The notes under the pieces are model-generated. The model ran no database searches. It was not told the origin of the DNA and worked only from the letters and a program-made list of their open reading frames with translations. From a virus, in IMG/VR virus record IMGVR_UViG_3300037847_007805, positions 1 to 64,000 of that record: DNA of 64,000 bases, one strand, 5' to 3'. How positions within the stretch are numbered: the stretch's first letter is position 1; every line of letters starts with the position of its first letter. The translations under genes and the position numbers were made by a program. Of this stretch, positions 29,411 to 38,489 are shown one piece after another.

Positions 29411-30219
29411 GAGAGCCAAAATTAGGAGTAGCTGTAGGGAAAAAAGGTGTAGGGAAAACTTACACTACTGATAAGGTAATACAAAGCTATGTTCAAGGTA
29501 ACCCGAGCAAAGGTGTAAAACCAAGACGAGCATTAATACTTGATGTAAATGATGAATTTGAACATATAAAAGCCTTACGAGTAAAAGACGTTATGAAGTT
29601 TTCTGTCCACCCTACCGTAGAAGCAAGAAGAATACGACCATTTATGGAAGATGGTCAAAAAATGACCATAAGAGAAATTCAAGAAACTTTATTTGAAATC
29701 TTAAGACACTATAGAGGCGGTTTACTTTTGATAGAGGATATAAACAGATATATTTCAGACCAACTACCAAATGACGTTGTGGGTGCTATATGTACAAACA
29801 GACACTCTGACACAGATATAATTCTTCATTTTCAATCTATTGGAAGGGTAACTACAAAAATTTGGCAGAACCTAAATTGGTTAAGATTTCATAAAAACAC
29901 CGATTCTGTAGATAGACACAAACACAAATTTGAAGATAAATTTGAATATCTTAAAATAGCAGAAATTTTAGTAAACCATAAATACTATAATGGCGATGAA
30001 AGATATTTTTTATATGTAGATGTTGATAGTGAGAAGATATTAGGAAACGTATCAAAAAAAGATTTAGATTTTGCTATCGAGGAATACATTTCTAAGTATT
30101 ATAAAAAAATTGTTACTCCACTTTTAAATCAAGTTGGCATGGACGGAAAAAAGAAATATACACCCGAATCAGCCATCAAAGAGATTAAATCCAAGATTTA
30201 CAAGAATTTTAGTAAATAA
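29407..30219 (+). CDS. A32/P9-like (FtsK-HerA superfamily) genome-packaging ATPase
   Basis: N-terminal Walker A GKKGVGKT, LILD strand, Walker B LLLIED, NRH arginine motif, HFQ glutamine motif; 270 aa, no nuclease domain. Confidence 0.75.
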   Translation: MREPKLGVAVGKKGVGKTYTTDKVIQSYVQGNPSKGVKPRRALILDVNDEFEHIKALRVKDVMKFSVHPTVEARRIRPFMEDGQKMTIREIQETLFEILRHYRGGLLLIEDINRYISDQLPNDVVGAICTNRHSDTDIILHFQSIGRVTTKIWQNLNWLRFHKNTDSVDRHKHKFEDKFEYLKIAEILVNHKYYNGDERYFLYVDVDSEKILGNVSKKDLDFAIEEYISKYYKKIVTPLLNQVGMDGKKKYTPESAIKEIKSKIYKNFSK

Positions 30220-30285
30220 ATGCAATTATCCTTTTTATTTGCAGATAATTTTATTTATTAAAATAAAAATTATTATAAAAGACAA

Positions 30286-30293
30286 TATATTTG
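30286..30293 (+). promoter_or_regulatory. Bacteroidota -7 promoter element TATATTTG
   Basis: upstream of the 30357/30537 unit. Confidence 0.6.
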
Positions 30294-30356
30294 AAGCGTA
30301 GATAGTTCTGTAACTGTTTACGCTAATTTATTTATTAACTTTTATATCATTCTGTA

Positions 30357-30485
30357 ATGAATACCAAAGTGCTTATGGAGTTTGGTAAGTCCGTTTTAAC
30401 TGTCGTTGTAGGAGTAGCTGTATATAATGCAGTAAAACCTATGCTCGATAAGGCAAAATTGTCTGCACCAAGTTCTGACGAATAG
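30357..30485 (+). CDS. small membrane protein (42 aa, not in ORF track)
   Basis: MNTKVLMEFGKSVLTVVVGVAVYNAVKPMLDKAKLSAPSSDE, apparently co-transcribed with the capsid candidate. Confidence 0.65.
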   Translation: MNTKVLMEFGKSVLTVVVGVAVYNAVKPMLDKAKLSAPSSDE

Positions 30486-30536
30486 TCAAACGAAATTTTA
30501 AAAATTATTTATTAACCTTATTTTAAATTATTTATC

Positions 30537-31229
30537 ATGTCAAATGTACGCAGATATTTAGCAAATGCACAGAGAATGGCAAACGAATCTTTCTCTAATG
30601 CAGATGGTTTCATTGATGATGATTTGTCTTTCACAGGCGAAGATTTTTTCAGTGCTAATGGAGTAGGCGGTGGTTCAGCACCAACTTCTCAACCATATAT
30701 TGTTACTGTAACTTCTACATCAGGAAGTGCTGTATCAAACTTTAAGGTGCTTGGTTCTTACGAGTATCTTAACAATTCAGGTTTCACCGCAGGTGGCGAC
30801 CTTGTAATTGGTTCAATCACTATTTCAAGTGGAATTTCAGGTATCACATACCGTGAAATGTTGTACCAATTTATGAACAATCCGTATAGTGTAGGACTTA
30901 CTTATGTACAGTCAGCTACAGCTAATCAGATTTTGGAAACTATTTCTGTTAATACAAGAGATGCTAACGGTAATGAAGCACAAAAAACACTTGTGCCAAC
31001 AATCGACCCGTATCAGCAACAATCTACAGTATTAGCTATGAAATATGCTTACCGAATTGATGGTTTCACAAAACTAATCATTCGTCAGATTTTAGCTAAC
31101 GCTACTGTTAAATTGTACTTCTACCCATCTGACAACATTAACCTTGCAAGAGGTCTTGCAGGACAAAATGTTTCTCGTCAGTACGGAAACCCAGGCATTG
31201 TAAAAGCACAAACTATCAAATTAACATAA
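30537..31229 (+). CDS. candidate major capsid protein (beta-rich, possible single jelly-roll)
   Basis: follows the packaging ATPase, has its own promoter and terminator, strand-rich, paralog at 54559. Confidence 0.55.
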   Translation: MSNVRRYLANAQRMANESFSNADGFIDDDLSFTGEDFFSANGVGGGSAPTSQPYIVTVTSTSGSAVSNFKVLGSYEYLNNSGFTAGGDLVIGSITISSGISGITYREMLYQFMNNPYSVGLTYVQSATANQILETISVNTRDANGNEAQKTLVPTIDPYQQQSTVLAMKYAYRIDGFTKLIIRQILANATVKLYFYPSDNINLARGLAGQNVSRQYGNPGIVKAQTIKLT

Positions 31230-31269
31230 TTAGATAGTTAATGCTTAACAATAGTATTGGATAATTAAC

Positions 31270-31305
31270 AAGGGGCGGATTGATTTATTCAACTTGCCCC
31301 TTTTT
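31270..31305 (+). terminator. intrinsic terminator
   Basis: AAGGGGC-GGATTGA-TTTAT-TCAACTT-GCCCCTT hairpin + T tract. Confidence 0.75.
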
Positions 31306-31319
31306 AAAATTTAAAAACT

Positions 31320-31685
31320 ATGGACGTATATAATTATGTAGCAGGTGCATCACCAATTAAAGCACAGGGTATTATAAACAGCTTTGGATATAAAGTCGTA
31401 GATAAAAACGATATGGGTGGAAACCTTAAGTCGCTTGTGGCAAAAGAGGGAGAACCCGCACTTAAAATGATATTAGAATCACACCCTGATAAAGATGTGA
31501 TTTTAGAACTTTACGGAACTTCTGAAGGGGAGTGTAAAACCTGTAGAGATTCACAAATTATAGAAAAATTTTTAAACGCAAGTGGTAAAGAGCAAAGCGA
31601 GGCTAAAAAAAGTGATAATAACTTTTCATTAGTTTTCCTTGCAGGTATTTTGGCATTATCATTTGCAATCATTTCAAAAAAATAA
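31320..31685 (+). CDS. structural membrane protein, NAxG family
   Basis: CKTC, FLNASG, C-terminal TM + KK. Confidence 0.7.
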   Translation: MDVYNYVAGASPIKAQGIINSFGYKVVDKNDMGGNLKSLVAKEGEPALKMILESHPDKDVILELYGTSEGECKTCRDSQIIEKFLNASGKEQSEAKKSDNNFSLVFLAGILALSFAIISKK

Positions 31686-31688
31686 AAA

Positions 31689-32360
31689 ATGGCTCGATTT
31701 AACAAATTAGGACAAGCTATTGGTATTGCCATTTCAAAAGATGAGCAGGGAATAAGAAATTTGCTTCAAAGAAACGGTGTATCAACAGCTAACATAAAAA
31801 CTAAAAACCAACTTGCAGATGTTTTTGTAGAATCACTTGTCGCATCTAAAGGTTTGGCTCAAGATTTTTCAAACTATGTAAAATCTAAAGATAATGTAAA
31901 CTTCATGTATAATAATGCAGGTGGAATGTATAACAACATGACATTAGAAATGTCATCTTTTGCAAGTGTTGTTGGTGATGGAGTGCCTGATGCTTATAAT
32001 ATGACGGGAGATGAATCAAATACTAACATTTGGTCGCCTTCAGGAACAAGCACTTCAGTAAATGCTGATGGCGAAAATGAAGAAGAAAAGAAAAAAGGTG
32101 GATTTTTTGAAGGAATAACCTTAAAAGAAATACTTAATCAAGCTAAAGATATTTACTTAGCTGATAAAAATGATTCAATCGCAAGACAAGAAACAGAACA
32201 AATAAAGACAATAGCTAACACGCAAATCAATAACGATAATTTTTCACCTAACAGAACTTCTCCTGAAAAAAAATCAAACACAGGACTATATATTTTCCTT
32301 GGTGTTTTAGGATTAGCAGTCGTTGGTGGGGTTATTTATTTCGTATCAAAAAAGAAATAA
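31689..32360 (+). CDS. structural membrane protein, NAxG family
   Basis: IRNLLQRNGV domain, YNNAGG, C-terminal TM. Confidence 0.7.
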   Translation: MARFNKLGQAIGIAISKDEQGIRNLLQRNGVSTANIKTKNQLADVFVESLVASKGLAQDFSNYVKSKDNVNFMYNNAGGMYNNMTLEMSSFASVVGDGVPDAYNMTGDESNTNIWSPSGTSTSVNADGENEEEKKKGGFFEGITLKEILNQAKDIYLADKNDSIARQETEQIKTIANTQINNDNFSPNRTSPEKKSNTGLYIFLGVLGLAVVGGVIYFVSKKK

Positions 32361-32361
32361 T

Positions 32362-32961
32362 ATGGCAACACAAGACCAATTACGTCAATTAGGAAATGCT
32401 GTAGGATTTTTGTCAGTAGCTGATATTCAAGGGCTTTCTAACCTTTTAGCTAAATATGGCAATATGCCTGATAACATTTCTTATCAAAGTTTGAATAAAG
32501 CAACAATAGAATCTTTATCAAACCGAAATTTTTACCAAGAATTTTTAAGATTAGTTTCTGCTAATGTAAAAGAGGTTGCTCAAATTAACCAATTCAGCAA
32601 TGTAGCAGGTGATACGGTTGCAACTACCCCTGCAACCACTCCCGCTTCAACGGGTTCAGGCTTTTTTTCAGGGTTTAACTTAAACACTCTAATCGGTCTT
32701 GGAACTACTATTTACGCAACTGAATCAGCAGGAAAACAACAAGACAGGCTGTTAAATGCTCAAGCTAATCAACAAGCACAGCAAAACCAAGATACGATTA
32801 TGGCAGGTCAATTAGCTTTAGAAACCGAAAAATTAAAACTTGCTCAAATTCAGGCGGGTGGTGGACAAGGCGGTGCTAACAACACTATGCTATATGTAGG
32901 ATTAGGTATATTAGGATTACTTGTAGTTGGTGGAGTTATTTACGCAGTAGCTAAAAAATAA
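32362..32961 (+). CDS. structural membrane protein, NAxG family
   Basis: LSNLLAKYG domain, FSNVAG, Gly-rich amphipathic segment, Q-rich coil, C-terminal TM. Confidence 0.7.
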   Translation: MATQDQLRQLGNAVGFLSVADIQGLSNLLAKYGNMPDNISYQSLNKATIESLSNRNFYQEFLRLVSANVKEVAQINQFSNVAGDTVATTPATTPASTGSGFFSGFNLNTLIGLGTTIYATESAGKQQDRLLNAQANQQAQQNQDTIMAGQLALETEKLKLAQIQAGGGQGGANNTMLYVGLGILGLLVVGGVIYAVAKK

Positions 32962-32964
32962 TAT

Positions 32965-33192
32965 ATGAAAAGTCCAAAAGAGATAGTTGAAGATGTTTCT
33001 TCAATGACCGATGAAAAGAAAAGAAAAGCATTTATGGTAAAAGCACAGTCAAGTGTGCATGGTGCTTTTTGGGGTGGTGCTTTTGGTCTTATGTTCGCTT
33101 TTTATAAAGGCAAAAATAAATATACAAGTGCCTTATTAGGTGCGGGTATTGGTGCGTTAGTGTCGAACCTTTTAACCGTTGAAAAAAAATAA
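32965..33192 (+). CDS. glycine-zipper membrane protein
   Basis: GAFWGGAFG...LLGAGIGAL. Confidence 0.7.
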   Translation: MKSPKEIVEDVSSMTDEKKRKAFMVKAQSSVHGAFWGGAFGLMFAFYKGKNKYTSALLGAGIGALVSNLLTVEKK

Positions 33193-33196
33193 AATT

Positions 33197-33469
33197 ATGA
33201 TAAATCCCGAAAGAAAGTATACGTTTGGCGACCCCAAGAATAAAAGTCAATTTTTTATAGATAATAATGTGACAATTTTACCTGTTAGGGGTGATAGAAT
33301 GACAAAAGAGGAACAAAAAGCTAAAATAGAAGAAGAAAAAATAAAATTACAGGCAAGTCAAGATGAAAAGAAAATAAAGGAAAAAATCAAAAGAAATAAA
33401 AATGTTCTTATATATGTGGCTGTAGCAGTAGCAGGTTTCTTTGCTTATAAAAAATTATTTAAAAAATAA
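33197..33469 (+). CDS. C-terminally anchored protein
   Basis: YVAVAVAGFFAYKKLFKK. Confidence 0.7.
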   Translation: MINPERKYTFGDPKNKSQFFIDNNVTILPVRGDRMTKEEQKAKIEEEKIKLQASQDEKKIKEKIKRNKNVLIYVAVAVAGFFAYKKLFKK

Positions 33470-33473
33470 AGTT

Positions 33474-33812
33474 ATGAGAAAAATGAGTAAGGAAGCACAA
33501 TTAGAACGCTTAAGAAAAAAATTAGCAGAATTTGAGGCTATCATGCAAAAAGGCGGTAAAGTTCAAGGTACTGTTGATAGTTTAAGAAAACAAATTGCTG
33601 TTTTAGAACAAGCAACTTCAAAAAGCGACAAAAACATTGACTTAAGCAATTTAAAACCTGTCGGTGGTTCTGACACAGAAAAAGAAGTTTTTGAAATGCA
33701 AAGACAAGAATTTGAAAAGGAAAAAAAGAAAGAAAAAAATAAAAAAATTCTTTTATACGTTGCCCTTGCAGTAGCAGGTTTCTTTGCTTATAAAAAATTA
33801 TTTAAAAAATAA
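33474..33812 (+). CDS. C-terminally anchored protein
   Basis: YVALAVAGFFAYKKLFKK; 3' end identical in DNA to the previous gene. Confidence 0.7.
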   Translation: MRKMSKEAQLERLRKKLAEFEAIMQKGGKVQGTVDSLRKQIAVLEQATSKSDKNIDLSNLKPVGGSDTEKEVFEMQRQEFEKEKKKEKNKKILLYVALAVAGFFAYKKLFKK

Positions 33813-34238
33813 ATGATGCATCATTCAGATTACATGGAAGATTTTAACAATGCTATGGGTGGAAATTATAATTTCGGACTACATGGTTTTAAGCCTTCAA
33901 AAGGTAGTTTACTAAATACTTCTGTATTGGATAAAAAATTACGAGGAATTAGTGATAGTAGTGAATTGAAATCTGATGTCCAACCATCTGAAGAAGAATT
34001 ACAAATGCAAGAAAAATATATGCAAGAGTTGATAGATGCAAATAAAAAATATCGTGCTACTTTAATTGGTGGTAGGATAGGAAGTTCTTTGGGCTTCATT
34101 GTAGCTTTAGGCTACGCTTTTAAAGTAAAGTCAGGATTTTGGAAAGGTTGGGGTTATACAATCTTGGGAAGCATGGCTTTAGGTGGATTAGGGGCAGGAG
34201 TAGGTTTTGCTATTGATTCATCAAAGAAGAATAATTAA
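33813..34238 (+). CDS. membrane protein
   Basis: FNNAMGG near N-terminus, two C-terminal Gly-rich TM segments. Confidence 0.7.
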   Translation: MMHHSDYMEDFNNAMGGNYNFGLHGFKPSKGSLLNTSVLDKKLRGISDSSELKSDVQPSEEELQMQEKYMQELIDANKKYRATLIGGRIGSSLGFIVALGYAFKVKSGFWKGWGYTILGSMALGGLGAGVGFAIDSSKKNN

Positions 34239-34266
34239 TATATGTTAAACTTTAAATTTTAAAACT

Positions 34267-34386
34267 ATGAAATTAGATGTTAAATCTTTAGTAGGAGTAG
34301 CAGTATCAGTTGCTGTACTTTATGTAACCGTATATTACGGTGGACAAGCGTGGAAGCGTTCTCAAGAAGGTGAGAAACTATTATAA
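34267..34386 (+). CDS. small membrane protein (39 aa, not in ORF track)
   Basis: MKLDVKSLVGVAVSVAVLYVTVYYGGQAWKRSQEGEKLL. Confidence 0.65.
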   Translation: MKLDVKSLVGVAVSVAVLYVTVYYGGQAWKRSQEGEKLL

Positions 34387-34389
34387 TAA

Positions 34390-34491
34390 ATGAAACAAAG
34401 AACTTTAATAGGATTTTTTTTAGTTGTTGCAGGGATTGGGGGTCTATCTTATGTTTACAATCGTTACATAAAGGACGATTCTCAATCGTAG
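34390..34491 (+). CDS. small membrane protein (33 aa, not in ORF track)
   Basis: MKQRTLIGFFLVVAGIGGLSYVYNRYIKDDSQS. Confidence 0.6.
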   Translation: MKQRTLIGFFLVVAGIGGLSYVYNRYIKDDSQS

Positions 34492-34506
34492 CAATGTTAT
34501 TATAAT

Positions 34507-34770
34507 ATGGAAAAGTCAGCAAATCAATTATGGAGAGAAAGCGGTACTTCATTATCTTTTAAAGATTGGATTCAAAGAGAGAAAGATAAAGGTGTACAAA
34601 TAAAAAACAAACTCCTTGAAAATGTTGTCGATTCGTTTAAAGAAACTGACGAACAAGACACAATAGATACAACAAGGTTTGCCTTTGGAATACCAAAATG
34701 GGTAGTTTATACAGGTGTTTCAATTTTAACCTTTGCTGTTGTATATAAACTTTACAAAGCCAAAAAATGA
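34507..34770 (+). CDS. C-terminally anchored protein
   Basis: SFKDWI; C-terminal TM + KAKK. Confidence 0.7.
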   Translation: MEKSANQLWRESGTSLSFKDWIQREKDKGVQIKNKLLENVVDSFKETDEQDTIDTTRFAFGIPKWVVYTGVSILTFAVVYKLYKAKK

Positions 34771-35555
34771 ATTTAAGGATTAATACCCGATATGAAGAAC
34801 TATCCTTGGCTATATATGTACAAACACTTGCACCCTGCAAAATCAGGATAAAAGTTTTTGATGCAGAACAGCCTAAAACTGTTTTTACCGACAGGTATAA
34901 AACCGTAAAAGGAAAAGAGGTTTTTTATGTCAGAATGCCCTTAACTTCAAGCAAGGTAATTGTAAGCATATACAACGAAGCTGTTGGAAATAAAAGGAAA
35001 GGCGAAGATAGTAGCTTTATTGTTACAGAGGTCAAAAAACTTCCGTTGCAAAAAAGAACAGATGTTGGCGATATAAAAGATTATACCGTTTCAGCTTTTG
35101 TAGATTTTGCACAAAGGTTTTCATTTAATGCCTCGTATTTAGACGACAATAAAACTTATCAGAGCCAAAGCGGAGAGTTTTTGATAGAGTATTTACCAAA
35201 TATAGTTAGTTCAAAAACAGGGAAAAAAATGAAAACCCCTGCTCGAATTTCCAAAGTAAATGGTAGAATACAAGTATCAAAAGAAGCGTTTGACACATAT
35301 ACTGTACCTATGCGTATGGCTATATTGTTACACGAATTTTCCCACTTTTATTTAAATGATAATATGGACGATGAGGTTGAAGCTGACCTTAATGGTCTTT
35401 TAATCTATTTAGGCTTGGGCTATCCAAGGATAGAAGGTTATCAGGCTTTTTTAGAGGTGTTTCAAGAAAGTCCATCACAACAGAACAGAAACCGTTATGA
35501 TATTATAAATAAATTCATAAGGGATTTTGAGAATAATAAAATGGTAATGAATTAA
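34767..35555 (+). CDS. zincin-type metallopeptidase
   Basis: AILLHEFSH (HExxH) followed by EVEAD. Confidence 0.7.
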   Translation: MNLRINTRYEELSLAIYVQTLAPCKIRIKVFDAEQPKTVFTDRYKTVKGKEVFYVRMPLTSSKVIVSIYNEAVGNKRKGEDSSFIVTEVKKLPLQKRTDVGDIKDYTVSAFVDFAQRFSFNASYLDDNKTYQSQSGEFLIEYLPNIVSSKTGKKMKTPARISKVNGRIQVSKEAFDTYTVPMRMAILLHEFSHFYLNDNMDDEVEADLNGLLIYLGLGYPRIEGYQAFLEVFQESPSQQNRNRYDIINKFIRDFENNKMVMN

Positions 35556-35566
35556 AAAAATTAAAC

Positions 35567-35704
35567 ATGGCAAAGAAAATGAACGCATATATGAAAGCAC
35601 TACAAAAAGCAAGAAAAAGCGGTGCAAGTAGTTTTAAGTACAATGGCAAAACATACAAGAAAGCTAAGACCAAAACAGGTATGGTAATTTATAAAGCAAG
35701 ATAA
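35567..35704 (+). CDS. small basic putative DNA-binding protein (45 aa, not in ORF track)
   Basis: MAKKMNAYMKALQKARKSGASSFKYNGKTYKKAKTKTGMVIYKAR. Confidence 0.7.
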   Translation: MAKKMNAYMKALQKARKSGASSFKYNGKTYKKAKTKTGMVIYKAR

Positions 35705-35705
35705 A

Positions 35706-35963
35706 ATGAAAAATAGTACAATTATAACCTTGTTAGCAGGTTTAAGCCTTTTCTTGTTGTTTGAAAAATATGGTAAAAAGAAAAAAGGTTGCGGTTGCAA
35801 AGGAAAAGAGGACAGTCAAGTCGAACCTTCGGATTCTGATGATGTTGATTGTCAAGAAGCAGTCGATATGATTATGGCAGAAAGAATGAAAACAATGAAA
35901 ATGTCCCAAGAGGCTTTTGCAAAAATGAGAGAAGAAGAATTAGAAAAATGTAAAAACTCATAA
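35706..35963 (+). CDS. N-terminally anchored protein
   Basis: TM then KKKKGCGC. Confidence 0.65.
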   Translation: MKNSTIITLLAGLSLFLLFEKYGKKKKGCGCKGKEDSQVEPSDSDDVDCQEAVDMIMAERMKTMKMSQEAFAKMREEELEKCKNS

Positions 35964-35966
35964 ATT

Positions 35967-36407
35967 ATGTCTTTACAGTCAGTTAAAATCTTGCCAACAA
36001 AAAACAGTTCCGACCAAGAATGGCTATCGTGGTACTTAGATTTAAAAAACCTTATAGGTACTAAAAAAGCTAACAGAATTTTTACAATGCTTTGGAATAA
36101 TGAAGATGGGTATAATTCTGATGCAAACTCCGTGTATTTACGAGATGAAATGGAAGGTTACGGAGTAGAGATAGCAGGTGGAGTTATTGGTGATGTAGCT
36201 GATTTCTTTTCTACTGCTAAAGGTTACTTTGGTGGATTTTTTACAGCAGGAAAATGGATTGGTATTGTATTGGCAGGTGTGGTTGTTGTTTCTGTAGGTG
36301 GATTACTATTACAGATAGCTTTCAAACCATCAGTAAGACAAGAAGCTGTAAAAATTGGCACAGCAATAGGTACAAGAGGAATGTCTGAACTCCCCGCAAA
36401 AAAATAA
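35967..36407 (+). CDS. membrane protein
   Basis: Gly-rich amphipathic stretch and TM. Confidence 0.7.
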   Translation: MSLQSVKILPTKNSSDQEWLSWYLDLKNLIGTKKANRIFTMLWNNEDGYNSDANSVYLRDEMEGYGVEIAGGVIGDVADFFSTAKGYFGGFFTAGKWIGIVLAGVVVVSVGGLLLQIAFKPSVRQEAVKIGTAIGTRGMSELPAKK

Positions 36408-36413
36408 TTAAGA

Positions 36414-36893
36414 ATGACGAGGCAACAAAAAATAATAGTTTATGCAAGTGTAAGTGCTTTAAGCATTGGCTATCTGTCTTATAAAGCTATTAGAAGAAAT
36501 CAAATTTATAACGAATTGATTGGTGTAATAGAAAAAACAGGTGGTGGATATAATAAGAGTAAAAATGAAAGTGCATTAAAAGGTACTCTACACCCCATAA
36601 TAGAAAGTCAAAACTATGATAAGGGTATAATTATTTTACAACCTGATGAAGTAAAAAACAGAGCAGAAGCATTATTTAGTGCTATAGATGGGGCAGGAAC
36701 AGATGAAGAAAAAATTGCTTCTGTTATTACGATGTTCAATGATAAATTTGCTTTATCACAGGTTGCATCTTTTTATAGAGCAAAATATAATGAAACTCTT
36801 TATGATGCACTAAAGGGAGATTTGAATAATAGCGATTTTGAGTATTATGTAACGGAAAACATGGCAAAATTGCCTGAAGTAAGATTTGTTTAA
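36414..36893 (+). CDS. membrane-anchored annexin-repeat-like protein
   Basis: ALFSAIDGAGTDEEKIASVI...QVASFYRAKYNETLYDALKGDL matches the annexin GxGTDE repeat. Confidence 0.65.
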   Translation: MTRQQKIIVYASVSALSIGYLSYKAIRRNQIYNELIGVIEKTGGGYNKSKNESALKGTLHPIIESQNYDKGIIILQPDEVKNRAEALFSAIDGAGTDEEKIASVITMFNDKFALSQVASFYRAKYNETLYDALKGDLNNSDFEYYVTENMAKLPEVRFV

Positions 36894-36903
36894 AAAAAAA
36901 GCT

Positions 36904-37416
36904 ATGAATAAAAACACAAAAACACTTTTATATGTATTAGGCGGAGTAGTAGTTTCCGTAGTAGGAGTATTTGCTTATACGCTTTTAAAAAACAGAAAAT
37001 CTGCTAATATAACAGATTTGAATATAGACGAAGTAATAAAAGAAGAAAGCCAAAATACAGGAACGCAAAATAATGAAGTAGCGGATAATGAAGCTATATT
37101 GGGACAAGCTATTCCTTCAAGAGAAAGTTTCCCATTACAAATTGGTATGTATGGAAAAAATGTTCATGTAATGCAACAAGCCTTAAAAGAATTAGGAAAT
37201 TATAGTGGAAAAATAGATGGTAAATATGGGGCATTAACAGACGAAGCGTTAGATAAAGGCGGTTCAAGGTATAATGGAAGTATGTGTGGTAATTGGCTCG
37301 TAGGGGCTTGTGAAGTAACAATGTCAGGATTTAACAGATTGATGGCTGATGCAAAAAGAGAAAAAGGGTTTGATAAAGATTTGGCATTGATAGAAGCCCA
37401 AAAAATGTATTTGTAA
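36904..37416 (+). CDS. membrane-anchored peptidoglycan-binding domain protein
   Basis: FPLQIGMYGKNVHVMQQAL...IDGKYGALTDEAL. Confidence 0.75.
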   Translation: MNKNTKTLLYVLGGVVVSVVGVFAYTLLKNRKSANITDLNIDEVIKEESQNTGTQNNEVADNEAILGQAIPSRESFPLQIGMYGKNVHVMQQALKELGNYSGKIDGKYGALTDEALDKGGSRYNGSMCGNWLVGACEVTMSGFNRLMADAKREKGFDKDLALIEAQKMYL

Positions 37417-37435
37417 CTTATTTAAATGGTTTTAT

Positions 37436-37840
37436 ATGAGTTACAGTTCATATTTGAAAGGAAAGGCACAAGCAAATCAAGATTTAAGGAATAAATATCT
37501 TGCAACAAAGAGTTGTCCTGATGCCTTAAAAAATAGAGATGAATTACAATTTGTAGTTTCTGACCTTACAAAAAAAGCAATAAATAGTGATTATTGGCGA
37601 GGCTATTCTGATGCACACGCACAAAGGCTCAAAGATGTTTCGGCATATTACAATTTTGGTGATTGCGACAATTATTTTAATCGCTATAAGGTTGATAAGT
37701 TGGGCAAAATAGTAGATAAAAAAAATACAAAAGCCCAAGAATTAATTAATGCACAAACCAAAAAACAAAATAGGCTTGTCTTATTTGTTGGATTTGCAGT
37801 TATGTTAGTTGGAACAATAATTATTTTAAAAAGAAAATAG
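37436..37840 (+). CDS. C-terminally anchored protein
   Basis: C...DLTKK...C, TM; similar to 37843. Confidence 0.7.
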   Translation: MSYSSYLKGKAQANQDLRNKYLATKSCPDALKNRDELQFVVSDLTKKAINSDYWRGYSDAHAQRLKDVSAYYNFGDCDNYFNRYKVDKLGKIVDKKNTKAQELINAQTKKQNRLVLFVGFAVMLVGTIIILKRK

Positions 37841-37842
37841 TT

Positions 37843-38277
37843 ATGAAAAAGCTAATAGATAAAATTAAAAATATACAGCAAAATAGGTCAGATGCTGAAA
37901 ATTCTGCTACAAACATTAATAATTTAGGTATAAACAAGACAAACACCTTTACTATTTGTGCAGATTTAGACCAAAAAATTACTCGGTACGATGTGCTTAT
38001 TGCAGACCTTACAAAAAAAAATGTAAAGGGTAAATCATACGGAGATTTAATAAAAAAATATAGTTCTGAAAGATTAGAACTACAAAAAAGATTTACACGA
38101 TTATCGTGTTTAGAAGAAATAGAATTTCAAAAGTTAGAAGAATCTGCTGACATTTTAGACACGCAGTTTTCTCAAGCTGAAATAGATATTCTTGAGAAAT
38201 CAAGAAAAGAACAAAATAAACTGTATTTCATTGGTGCAGGAGTTTTATTATTAGGTGCATATATAATTATTAGATAA
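37843..38277 (+). CDS. C-terminally anchored protein
   Basis: C...DLTKK...C, TM. Confidence 0.7.
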   Translation: MKKLIDKIKNIQQNRSDAENSATNINNLGINKTNTFTICADLDQKITRYDVLIADLTKKNVKGKSYGDLIKKYSSERLELQKRFTRLSCLEEIEFQKLEESADILDTQFSQAEIDILEKSRKEQNKLYFIGAGVLLLGAYIIIR

Positions 38278-38489
38278 TGAAAAGAGAATATAATTATAGG
38301 GGTATTTATGATAAAGATGAAGTCGGAAGAATAAACGACTTACTTGGTACGCAAAGAGAACTGTTTATAGAAGAAGAAAAAAAACAGCTTCCAACACAAC
38401 AAAAAGTTCAAAAATACTTTTTGATTGCGATGGGAGTTTCATTAATTATTGTATTAACTAAAGTTTTATCAAATGGAAAACGCAAATAA
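38277..38489 (+). CDS. small membrane protein
   Basis: C-terminal TM. Confidence 0.65.
   Translation: MKREYNYRGIYDKDEVGRINDLLGTQRELFIEEEKKQLPTQQKVQKYFLIAMGVSLIIVLTKVLSNGKRK

Noticed and set aside
29407-30219. ATPase as terminase large subunit or Zot
   Set aside because: No RNase H-like nuclease domain and no TM segment; size and motifs fit A32/P9-type better
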